The notes: generated by a model from the sequence alone, not told the origin. 39,727 nucleotides of DNA from a virus (IMGVR_UViG_3300046513_000137:1-39727); one strand, 5' to 3'; positions 13,305 to 21,504 are shown, counted from the first letter of the stretch. Made by a program: numbers and translations.

Positions 13305-13916
13305 ATGACCATGGCGGCAAAATGGTTTTGCATCAGACTCAAACCCCAAGCGCAGCGACCTGCCAAGCAGGATCCGCGCATCACCAACATCGAGTTCTCT
13401 CTACGGCAGGAAGGCTTTGACCACTACATGCCTCTGGAGCGGCGTGAAATCGTGCACCACAGGACCAAGAAGCCGATCGACAAGCAATACCCGCTCATCC
13501 CAGGCTATGCCTTCGTCTGCGACGTGGACGACTGGCTGCGCCTCAACAACTGCGATTTCGTGGCCGGTGTCCTCGGTGTGAGGGGAACCCCCATGCCGAT
13601 CATGCCAACGGTCATTGACGCCGTTCGCGATGCCGAGGCCGTCATCCTCTCCGAATACGAGAGGCAGAAGGCCATGCGCCGCCAGCGGGAGAAAGAGCAG
13701 GCCGACCGTCTGCAGCACATTCCGCAGCGCCGCGCCCGTCAGATGTACCCAGCAGGAACGCCAATCGTCATCGACCGCACGCACGTCCTCCTTGGCGGCA
13801 TGAAGGGTAGGGTAGTGGACGCAACCGGCCGGCAGACCATCAAGGCAGTGATTGAAACGCTCAACGGCATGGTGAATGCAGAGCTGTCGTTGGCATTTGT
13901 GGAGAAGGTGGCGTGA
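13305..13916 (+). CDS. NusG/RfaH-family transcription elongation/antitermination factor (NGN + KOW)
   Basis: The NGN domain is marked by WFCIRLKP, YPLIPGYAFV and VAGVLGVRGTPMPI. The KOW-like C-terminus is GTPIVIDRTHVLLGGMKGRVVD. Confidence 0.75.
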   Translation: MTMAAKWFCIRLKPQAQRPAKQDPRITNIEFSLRQEGFDHYMPLERREIVHHRTKKPIDKQYPLIPGYAFVCDVDDWLRLNNCDFVAGVLGVRGTPMPIMPTVIDAVRDAEAVILSEYERQKAMRRQREKEQADRLQHIPQRRARQMYPAGTPIVIDRTHVLLGGMKGRVVDATGRQTIKAVIETLNGMVNAELSLAFVEKVA

Positions 13917-14026
13917 TGACGGACGAAGTGATTAAGCTTGTGTCTATCGGTATGCTCGGTTGGGGTCTGGGTTTCTTCTCTGGTTGCGTTTACACGGTGG
14001 TGAGAGGGTGGGCACAAAACCAATGA
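13916..14026 (+). CDS. tiny membrane peptide (36 aa)
   Basis: My translation is MTDEVIKLVSIGMLGWGLGFFSGCVYTVVRGWAQNQ. The start overlaps the NusG-like stop, and there is an ATGA overlap with the next gene. Confidence 0.4.
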   Translation: MTDEVIKLVSIGMLGWGLGFFSGCVYTVVRGWAQNQ

Positions 14027-14235
14027 TTAAAACATACGATCAAGGGTATAGAGACGGAGCTAATGAGGCACTGAAGGCGGCTTCAAAATTCCTAAAAGAA
14101 ATTTCCGATGAAGAACTTTCTAGTGCGGAGTGCCATAGAGGTGTGGACATAGATTTATTTTATTACCACTCGTATCGAGCTAGTACTTATTTGACAGCCT
14201 CAGATCTTGTTTTGGAAATAAAGCTCGAATCCTGA
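14023..14235 (+). CDS. low-GC moron, hypothetical protein (70 aa)
   Basis: Start is the internal ATG 14023 (MIKTYDQGYRDGANEALK...). My hand count gives about 39% G+C (84 of 213), against a visibly GC-rich window. Confidence 0.6.
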   Translation: MIKTYDQGYRDGANEALKAASKFLKEISDEELSSAECHRGVDIDLFYYHSYRASTYLTASDLVLEIKLES

Positions 14236-14350
14236 CTCCGTGCGTCGGAGCCGCCTGTTGATACCTGATTGTATCTATTGATCATTAACCGCAAATCAGT
14301 TAACAATTCGGCCAGTGATTTGTTGGGCTGTGCTGTAGCGGAACATCGCC

Positions 14351-14435
14351 GGGCCCCATGGGAGAGCTTCACGGCTCCCAGCTTCAGCGGAATATTCTCT
14401 GAATTTGGAAGAGGGCTTCCCCGTCAATGGGGCCC
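14351..14435 (+). other. 85-nt cloverleaf-like four-way junction in the late-operon leader (candidate structured RNA)
   Basis: Closing stem GGGCCCCAT/ATGGGGCCC (9 bp). It encloses three 5-bp hairpins: 14360-14379, 14383-14403 and 14407-14420. Confidence 0.35.
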
Positions 14436-14635
14436 TTGAACGTTTGAGGGATAAGGCCTCGCATCTTCCAAAGCCATAGGAGACGGCCTCCTTCATAGCC
14501 GTAGTTGGGTAACGGGTCTGGAAAAGTCCTTGTAGCCAGACGCCCGCAAGGGGCCGACTAGGGCATGAATTCGAGGCAATGCCTCAACGATATCGGGAAG
14601 GGCAGAAGCCTGGGTGTGGAGCGGCGTAAGGCTGC

Positions 14636-14905
14636 ATGATGGTTGTACGGGCCGAAGAAGCCGTGCAAGTGCGCTCCCAAGCCTTCCCGATCATTTCAGG
14701 AGATATCGTGGACCCCCTCGACATCCTCCCCGATCCCTTCTCCGCCCTAGACAACTGCTGCTACATGCGCAAAGCCACCATGGACGGAATAGAGGGCTAC
14801 GTTCTTCTAGACTGCGACGGAGAGGTTGAGTTCTTCACCGACAACCGCAGCAACATCTTCTTCCATGCCGCAAAGCATGAGCTGGTGATCGTCCAGCCGA
14901 ATTGA
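14636..14905 (+). CDS. hypothetical protein, start uncertain (ATG 14636 or GTG 14708)
   Basis: Listed in the ORF track. GTG 14708 is preceded by AGGAGA (14697-14702). Confidence 0.5.
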   Translation: MMVVRAEEAVQVRSQAFPIISGDIVDPLDILPDPFSALDNCCYMRKATMDGIEGYVLLDCDGEVEFFTDNRSNIFFHAAKHELVIVQPN

Positions 14906-14914
14906 GGTGCAAAG

Positions 14915-15064
14915 ATGGCTCATGACCGCCCGATAACGGAATGGAAGCCTCTATGGTTCTTCCCGTGGGTTGAGAGCCGTCGGCGCATGGCCTTCCTCGA
15001 CACCAACCCTAACGTGCCGCTCGATCTCGTCCCCACTTGGAATGAGTACCGTTGGCGCAAGTGA
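14915..15064 (+). CDS. small Trp-rich hypothetical protein (49 aa)
   Basis: My translation is MAHDRPITEWKPLWFFPWVESRRRMAFLDTNPNVPLDLVPTWNEYRWRK. A GAGGTG SD lies at 14904-14909. Confidence 0.45.
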   Translation: MAHDRPITEWKPLWFFPWVESRRRMAFLDTNPNVPLDLVPTWNEYRWRK

Positions 15065-15183
15065 CCCGCCCCATTCTCATCCTCCTCACCATAACCCTCC
15101 TAGTTATAGCAGCCGCCTCCATCATTTCATGCGCTGCTCCTCAGGTGTGCAGGTATTGCTGGGTGGCAGGAACAAGCCAATGA
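15061..15183 (+). CDS. small membrane/lipoprotein-like peptide (40 aa)
   Basis: GTG start with a GTGA overlap. Sequence is MTRPILILLTITLLVIAAASIISCAAPQVCRYCWVAGTSQ. Confidence 0.4.
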   Translation: MTRPILILLTITLLVIAAASIISCAAPQVCRYCWVAGTSQ

Positions 15184-15341
15184 AAGACATGAAGATAGCG
15201 ATCGGCGGCTTCTGCTTGTTCTGGCTCGTCGTCCTTATGTCCGTTGATTGGACTGCTACCGCGCCACACGACCAGAACGCCTCGAACAGCGCGGCATTCC
15301 TGACTGGCCTGACCATTGGCACCGCGTCAGGTGGTAGATAG
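15180..15341 (+). CDS. small membrane protein (53 aa)
   Basis: Start is the internal ATG 15180 of ORF 14970..15341. MKDMKIAIGGFCLFWLVVLMSV. ATGA overlap with the upstream gene. Confidence 0.5.
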   Translation: MKDMKIAIGGFCLFWLVVLMSVDWTATAPHDQNASNSAAFLTGLTIGTASGGR

Positions 15342-15463
15342 CGCTCATCGTAGAAAATTCTCCGCCGACCTCTCGGCTGGATAGAAATGAAATTCCACCA
15401 GCCGTAATTGGAGTGGAGCGAGATAATGAAAATCAACACCTTAGCCTTTGAGAACAAAATCTG

Positions 15464-15778
15464 ATGTTCGAGGCAGGCAAAAGCGGGAACCCAGGCGGTC
15501 GCCCAAAGCACAAGCCGTTTCAAGAAGCGCTCAGGATGGAGATGCTCGCTGCTGAACGTGGCGAGGAATGCATTGCTCCTGTCGGCTCTCTTCGCTGGAA
15601 TGCGAGGGAGCTTCTTAAGAAGGGTGATGTTCCGTCTATTCGTGAGATTGCTGATCGTCTCGATGGGAAGGTAGCTCAGGCAATCGTCGGCGGCGACGAG
15701 GATGACAATCCGGTCAACGTCGTACACCGCATCGAACGTCACATAGTCCGTGCGAACTCTTCAGATACCAACGGCTGA
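15464..15778 (+). CDS. terminase small subunit (DUF5681-like)
   Basis: The N-terminal motif GKSGNPGGRPKHK is typical of this TerS family. It lies immediately upstream of TerL and overlaps it. Confidence 0.7.
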   Translation: MFEAGKSGNPGGRPKHKPFQEALRMEMLAAERGEECIAPVGSLRWNARELLKKGDVPSIREIADRLDGKVAQAIVGGDEDDNPVNVVHRIERHIVRANSSDTNG

Positions 15779-17051
15779 GGTCTTCGAGCCTCTTCTCGCC
15801 CCATCTCGATACAAAGGCGCAAAGGGCGGTCGTGGCTCTGGCAAGTCGCATTTCTTCGGTGGCCTGATGATCGAGGACCATCTCGCGGAACGCGGGATGC
15901 TATCGGTCTGCATTCGTGAAGTGCAAAAGACGCTGGCCGATTCCTCGAAGCGATTGCTTGAGGGGAAGCTGGCTGATTTCGGCTTGGGAGAAGCGGACGG
16001 GTTCAAGGTCTTCCGCGACACGATCGAGACGCCAGGAGATGGCGCGATCATCTTTCAGGGCATGCAGGACCACACAGCGGAATCGATCAAGTCGCTCGAG
16101 GGATTCAAGCGGGCTTGGTGGGAAGAAGCGCAGACGGCCTCGGGCCGATCCCTCAACCTGCTTCGCCCAACGATCCGCGCTCCCGGCTCGGAGATCTGGT
16201 TTAGCTGGAACCCGCGCCGCAAGGTCGACCCTGTTGACCTGATGATGTGTGGGGATGAACGGCCGACTGGTTCGGTTCTCGTCACAGCCAATTGGAGAGA
16301 TAACCCCTGGCTCACTCCAGAGCTTGAGCAAGAGCGCCTCGACTGCCTTCGCATGCAGCCCGACCAATACGACCATATCTGGGAGGGCGGGTACTTGAGC
16401 GTTGCATCAGGCGCCTACTTCGCCAGACATCTCGCGGACGCCAAGAATGAGGGCCGCATAGGCAAGGTGGCTGCCGACCCGCTCATGACCATCCGGCTCA
16501 TCTGCGATATCGGCGGCACTGGCGCACGAGCCGACGCATTCACAATCTGGGCATGCCAGTTCATCGGCAAGGAGATCCGGTGGCTCGACTATTACGAGGC
16601 AGTTGGTCAACCGCTGGCCTCGCATCTCAATTGGTGCAGGTCAAAAGGCTACACGCCAGAGCGGGCTCAATTCTGGCTGCCGCACGATGGCTCAACCAAC
16701 GACAAGGTTTACGACGTTTCCTACGAAAGCGCGCTCCGTGACGCTGGATACAAGGTTACGGTCGTCCCCAATCAGGGGAAGGGCGCTGCATCTGCCCGTA
16801 TCGAAGCAGCAAGACGCCTCTTCCCAAACATGTGGTTCAACGAGGCGACGACAGAAGGCGGTCGTGCTGCTCTTGGCTGGTATCACGAGAAGAAAGACGA
16901 CGCTCGCGGCATTGGCCTTGGTCCAGAGCACGATTGGGCCTCGCACGGCGCTGACTCCTTCGGGCTTGGCTGTGTCGTCTACGAAGAACCTCACGCTCCA
17001 CGGAAGAAAGACCCGCGCGGCCATGCCGGCGCAGGCGCCTGGATGGGATAG
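15750..17051 (+). CDS. terL: terminase large subunit (PBSX/Terminase_3-like)
   Basis: Walker A motif KGAKGGRGSGKSH. A 433-aa ORF positioned before the portal gene. Confidence 0.9.
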   Translation: MRTLQIPTAEVFEPLLAPSRYKGAKGGRGSGKSHFFGGLMIEDHLAERGMLSVCIREVQKTLADSSKRLLEGKLADFGLGEADGFKVFRDTIETPGDGAIIFQGMQDHTAESIKSLEGFKRAWWEEAQTASGRSLNLLRPTIRAPGSEIWFSWNPRRKVDPVDLMMCGDERPTGSVLVTANWRDNPWLTPELEQERLDCLRMQPDQYDHIWEGGYLSVASGAYFARHLADAKNEGRIGKVAADPLMTIRLICDIGGTGARADAFTIWACQFIGKEIRWLDYYEAVGQPLASHLNWCRSKGYTPERAQFWLPHDGSTNDKVYDVSYESALRDAGYKVTVVPNQGKGAASARIEAARRLFPNMWFNEATTEGGRAALGWYHEKKDDARGIGLGPEHDWASHGADSFGLGCVVYEEPHAPRKKDPRGHAGAGAWMG

Positions 17052-17055
17052 CTGA

Positions 17056-19062
17056 ATGGCTGAAGAGAAGAAAGACGATCTGCTCGCAGAGGGCAGGACG
17101 GCGTTCGAGCGCTGCCAGGACGCAGAGTCCGACAACCGGCAGACCGCGCTCGACGACATCCGCTTCTCTCGCCTCGGTGAACAGTGGCCGCGTGACATCG
17201 AGAAGCAGCGCAGGGACGAGTTCCGCCCGTGCTTGACCATCAACAAGATGCCGGCATTCATCCGCCAGGTCGTCAACGATAGCCGTCAGAACAAGCCTTC
17301 GATCAAGGTTCACCCCGTCGATAGCAACGCGGACCCGAAGACGGCCGAAGTCATCAACGGGCTGATCCGCAACATCGAATACACGTCAAACGCTGATGTG
17401 GCCTATGATACCGCGATCGAGCAGAGCGTTTCCGGTGGCTTTGGCTATTGGCGCGTCGGCATGGATTATGCCTATGAAGACACGTTTGAAATGGATCTAT
17501 CCATCGAGCGCGTTGCAAACCAGTTCTCGGTCTATGGCGATCCTGACAGCATGTCAGCCGATTCCGCTGACTGGAACGTGGCGTTCGTCGTCGAACCGAT
17601 GCGCAAGGCCGAGTTCGAAGCCAAATATGGCAATAAGAAGAACGCAGAAGGTGCAGACGTTAACGTAGACTTCGAAAGCGATGCATGGGCAAACGCCGGC
17701 ATCTGGATCGAAGACGAAACGGTCATGGTTGCCGAGTGGTGGAAGCGTGAGCCGATCGAAAAGGAGATCGTCAAGCTTTCCAACGGCCATGTGTATGCTG
17801 CCGAGGATGTGGAGAAGGACATCGACCTGCAGGCGATGCTTGATGCAGGCGTGCTTCAGGTCGTCGGTACGCGCAAGACGCGCTCCCACAAGGTGACGCA
17901 AATCATCATGTCGGGCGCCGATATCCTTGAGAAGAACGACTGGCCAGGCTGCTACATCCCGATCATCCCGGTTTACGGTGATGAGATCGTGGTTGAGGGC
18001 AAGCGTTACTTCCGAAGCCTGATCCACAGCGCCAAGGATGCGGCGCGGATGTTCAACTACTGGCGCACGACGAGCACGGAGCTTGTCGCTCTAGCTCCTC
18101 GGGTGCCTTGGATCGGCCGCAAGGGGACGTTTGACAGCGATGTGGATCGTTGGGCAACAGCGAACACAACCAGCCACGCTTATCTGGAATACGACGGCGA
18201 AGCACCACAGCGTCAGCCTCTCGACGTTGGTCCAGCCGCAGGAGCCCTACAGGAGGCGCTGAACGCCTCGGACGACATGAAGGCCATCATCGGCATTTAT
18301 GACGCGTCCTTGGGTGCCAGATCGAACGAGACGAGCGGCCGCGCCATCATGGCACGCCAGCGTGAAGGGGATGTCGCGACATTCCACTTCATCGACAACT
18401 TGGCCCGCGCAATCCGCCACACCGGCAGAATCCTGATCGACCTCATTCCGAAGGTCTACAGCGACGAGCGCGTTATTCGTGTCCTCGGTGAGGATGGCTC
18501 TCCTCGCTCGGTGCAGGTCAACAGCGGGCAGCCTCAGCCGGTCATGGGTTCGGATGGCAAACCGCAGGAAGATGAGCAGGGCCAAGCCATCATGGCGATG
18601 CATGACCTCACGGTCGGCAAGTATGACCTGACTGTCACGACCGGCCCGAGCTTCACCACACGTCGCGAGGAAGCCGCTATGCAGATGACGGAGTTCGTTC
18701 GTGCCTTCCCGGCCGCTGCTCCTGTCATTGGCGATCTTCTGGCTATGAACCTCGATTGGCCTGGAGCCGACGAGATTGCCGAGCGGCTGAAGTCGATCAA
18801 TCCTGCACTGCAGAACAAGGGCCTTCCACCTGAAGTCCAGCAGATGATCCAGCAGGGACAGCAGGCCATTCAGGAACTTACGCAGAAGGTTCAGGCTCTT
18901 GAGGCTGACAAGTCGGTTGATCAATTCAACGCTGAAACCCAGCGCATGAAGGTCGTAGGCGACCTCAAGAACGATCAGGCGACGACCGCCATCAGTGCGG
19001 CTTCGCACCTCGTGAAGCTCGATCAGCCGCAACCGGCACAGAATCCCACGCGCCAAGGGTAA
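17056..19062 (+). CDS. portal protein
   Basis: A 668-aa ORF directly after TerL and before the scaffold and capsid genes. The call rests on size and position, plus the family resemblance of the CLTINKMPAFIRQVVNDSRQNKPSIKV block. Confidence 0.8.
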   Translation: MAEEKKDDLLAEGRTAFERCQDAESDNRQTALDDIRFSRLGEQWPRDIEKQRRDEFRPCLTINKMPAFIRQVVNDSRQNKPSIKVHPVDSNADPKTAEVINGLIRNIEYTSNADVAYDTAIEQSVSGGFGYWRVGMDYAYEDTFEMDLSIERVANQFSVYGDPDSMSADSADWNVAFVVEPMRKAEFEAKYGNKKNAEGADVNVDFESDAWANAGIWIEDETVMVAEWWKREPIEKEIVKLSNGHVYAAEDVEKDIDLQAMLDAGVLQVVGTRKTRSHKVTQIIMSGADILEKNDWPGCYIPIIPVYGDEIVVEGKRYFRSLIHSAKDAARMFNYWRTTSTELVALAPRVPWIGRKGTFDSDVDRWATANTTSHAYLEYDGEAPQRQPLDVGPAAGALQEALNASDDMKAIIGIYDASLGARSNETSGRAIMARQREGDVATFHFIDNLARAIRHTGRILIDLIPKVYSDERVIRVLGEDGSPRSVQVNSGQPQPVMGSDGKPQEDEQGQAIMAMHDLTVGKYDLTVTTGPSFTTRREEAAMQMTEFVRAFPAAAPVIGDLLAMNLDWPGADEIAERLKSINPALQNKGLPPEVQQMIQQGQQAIQELTQKVQALEADKSVDQFNAETQRMKVVGDLKNDQATTAISAASHLVKLDQPQPAQNPTRQG

Positions 19063-19109
19063 GCGGCGCTCTTTTCCTCCCACCAAACCTGAAAACGGAG
19101 TGGACCTCG

Positions 19110-20021
19110 ATGCAAGAGGCTTTGACGGCTGTTGCCGATGCACAGGCTATGCCTGCAGGCGGAGAGCAGCAGCAGAATGCAGCGAATGCTAGTGAAACCC
19201 CAGAGGTCGAACTGGAGAATGACAACGAGGTCGTAGACGGCGAAGAAGGCGAAGGCGAAGGCGACGAACAGCCGGAACTAGAGCTTGCCGACGTTGAATA
19301 CGAAGGAAAGGCGTACAAACTGCCTCCGGAGCTGAAAGACGCTCTCCTCCGGACCGCAGATTATACCCGCAAGACGCAGGAAGTCGCGGAACAGCGCAAG
19401 ACGGTCGAAGCCAAAATGGCCGAAGCCCAAGCCGCCTACCAGACCTCCCAGGAAGTGATCGAGGGTCGGGCGTTGATCCACCACATCGATTCACAGCTCA
19501 AGCAGTATGTGGACCTCACTCCACAGCAATGGCAGCAGTTGGAGAACGAAGACCCCATGGCGGCAATGTCGCACTGGCGTCAGTTCCAGCAGCTCCAGCA
19601 ACAGCGCGGTCAGGTCGCTCAATACCTCGACAAGACGCAGAACGACTTGTCCGAAAAGGCGAAACAGGCAACTGCAGATCGCCTCCGGGAAACACGCGCG
19701 TTTGCGGAAAAGGAACTCAAGGGCTGGACGCCCGATCTGGATAACAAGATCACCGAGTTTGCAACGAAGGATCTCGGCTTCTCCGTCGACAGCCTTCGCG
19801 AACAGTACACCCCGCAGGTGTATCGCACGCTCTATCTTGCCCACATCGGCCACCTCGCTCTCCAGAAGCAAACAGCCGCCCCCAAGGCCACTGCCCCGGC
19901 TGCTCAACCCCTCAACAAAGTGACAGCACGAGCAAACCCGCCTCCAACGGGCCTCGATGATCGCCTGCCGCAAGATGAGTGGCTGAAACGCCGTCAAGCG
20001 CAGCTCGCCAAGCGGGGCTGA
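19110..20021 (+). CDS. scaffolding protein
   Basis: Acidic N-terminus (EVVDGEEGEGEGDEQPELE) and long Q/E/K-rich helical sequence. It sits between the portal and capsid genes. Confidence 0.7.
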   Translation: MQEALTAVADAQAMPAGGEQQQNAANASETPEVELENDNEVVDGEEGEGEGDEQPELELADVEYEGKAYKLPPELKDALLRTADYTRKTQEVAEQRKTVEAKMAEAQAAYQTSQEVIEGRALIHHIDSQLKQYVDLTPQQWQQLENEDPMAAMSHWRQFQQLQQQRGQVAQYLDKTQNDLSEKAKQATADRLRETRAFAEKELKGWTPDLDNKITEFATKDLGFSVDSLREQYTPQVYRTLYLAHIGHLALQKQTAAPKATAPAAQPLNKVTARANPPPTGLDDRLPQDEWLKRRQAQLAKRG

Positions 20022-20053
20022 TCCCAACCTCTCCCTGAAGGACAGAAAGCCTC

Positions 20054-21244
20054 ATGGCCAATTCTATACTCACACCCACTGCGGTGACGCGCGAAGCGCT
20101 CCGCATCCTCCACCAGAAGCTCAACTTCGTCGGCTCGATCAACCGCCAGTACGATGACAGCTTCGCAAAGTCGGGCGCCAAGATCGGCGATACCCTGAAG
20201 ATCCGTATGCCTAACCGCTACACGGTTCGCACGGGTAAGACGATCGCCACGCAGGACACGCAGGAAGAAAGCCAGAACCTCACTGTGGCGACACAGAAGG
20301 GTGTGGACACCAACTTCTCGTCTGCAGACCTGACGCTCTCGCTCGACGACTTCTCCAAGCGCATTCTGGAGCCGGCCATGGCCGTCTTGGCTGCGAACAT
20401 CGAATACGACGCGATGTCGATGTTCAAGGATGTCTACAACGCGATCTGGACGCCGGCTTCCACGCTTGCATACAACGACGTGCTTTCGGGCCGCGTTCTC
20501 ATGCAGCGCGGTCTTGCCCCGCTGAATGACCGCAGTGCAAACCTGAACTCGCTGGACATGTCCACCTTGGTGAAGGACACCAAGACGCTGTTCAACGACC
20601 AGGCGCAGCTCTCCAAGCAGTACAAGGAAGGCTACATGGGTCGCGCCGCTGGCTACGACTTCATGGAAAACACCTTGTGGCCTGGGTTCACGCGTGGCGG
20701 CGCTGATGCCAACTACGTCGTCAACACCTCGACCGGCATCACCTCCGGTTCCGCAACGATTGCCGTCACGGCTGGTACTGGTACGCTCGTGAAGGGCGAC
20801 ATCATCACCATCGTCGGCGTCAACTCGGTTCACCCGGAAACCAAGGTGGACAACGGCGTCCTGCAGCAGTTCGTCATCACGACGGATTATGTAGGCGGCG
20901 CGGGCAACATCACCGTTTCCCCGACCCCGGTCACGTCAGGCGCCAAGCAGAACGTCGTCATCAACTCTGCCGGCGCGAGCAAGGCCGTTGTTGTCGCTGG
21001 TACTGCATCCGGTCAGGATACGACCTCGCTGCTCTACCAGGAAGACGCCTTCACCTTCGCCACGGCCGATCTGGTCATGCCGAACGGTGTGGATTTCGCA
21101 CGTCGCGAAGTTCAGGACGGCATCTCGATGCGTATCGTCCGTCAGTACGACATCAACAACGACAACCTGCCCTGCCGAATAGACGTTTTATATGGATATA
21201 AGACGCTGCGGCCTGAGTGGGCGACCCGTCTCCACTTCAACTAA
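20054..21244 (+). CDS. major capsid protein (P22-coat-type family)
   Basis: The N-terminus MANSILTPTAVTREALRILHQKLNFVGSINRQYDDSFAKSGAKIGDTLKIRMPNRY matches the family pattern as I remember it. Strongly G/C-ending codons suggest high expression. Confidence 0.85.
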   Translation: MANSILTPTAVTREALRILHQKLNFVGSINRQYDDSFAKSGAKIGDTLKIRMPNRYTVRTGKTIATQDTQEESQNLTVATQKGVDTNFSSADLTLSLDDFSKRILEPAMAVLAANIEYDAMSMFKDVYNAIWTPASTLAYNDVLSGRVLMQRGLAPLNDRSANLNSLDMSTLVKDTKTLFNDQAQLSKQYKEGYMGRAAGYDFMENTLWPGFTRGGADANYVVNTSTGITSGSATIAVTAGTGTLVKGDIITIVGVNSVHPETKVDNGVLQQFVITTDYVGGAGNITVSPTPVTSGAKQNVVINSAGASKAVVVAGTASGQDTTSLLYQEDAFTFATADLVMPNGVDFARREVQDGISMRIVRQYDINNDNLPCRIDVLYGYKTLRPEWATRLHFN

Positions 21245-21262
21245 GGGTCTCCAGAAAGGATA

Positions 21263-21502
21263 ATGGACATGCCAGTTGAATATCTCGGCGCCGGTTCCCC
21301 AGACGGAACCCAACTAGGCCGCAACACCACAACCGACAAAATCGGTTTCTACGGCACTACCCCGATTGTGCAGCGGGCTTCTTCTGCACAGGCATCCAGC
21401 TTGATTGCTGCCACCACGTCGCTCACTGCGAACATGGCTGCGGCGATTCAGGAAATCATGGCCACGATGACCGCTCTTGGTCTGTGGAAGGGTTCAGCCT
21501 GA
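21263..21502 (+). CDS. small hypothetical head-module protein (79 aa)
   Basis: Listed in the ORF track. It lies directly downstream of the capsid gene. Confidence 0.6.
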   Translation: MDMPVEYLGAGSPDGTQLGRNTTTDKIGFYGTTPIVQRASSAQASSLIAATTSLTANMAAAIQEIMATMTALGLWKGSA

Positions 21503-21504
21503 TC

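Noticed and set aside
14227-14238. Two adjacent GANTC sites as proof of CcrM/GcrA control of the late promoter.
   Set aside because: - GANTC is expected about every 256 nt.
- Close pairs are expected several times by chance in 40 kb.
- I mention them only as a weak hint.
14351-14435. The cloverleaf as a tRNA gene.
   Set aside because: - The closing stem is 9 bp.
- The middle-arm loop is 11 nt and the third-arm loop is 4 nt.
- There is no GTTC-type T-loop or conserved D-loop residues, and the junction spacings are wrong.
- I kept it only as an unexplained structured element.
19189-19290. A short GGCGAA/GAA tandem repeat as a CRISPR-like or VNTR element.
   Set aside because: It is in frame within the scaffolding gene and simply encodes an acidic EGEGEGDE stretch. 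No spacer-repeat architecture exists anywhere in the window.
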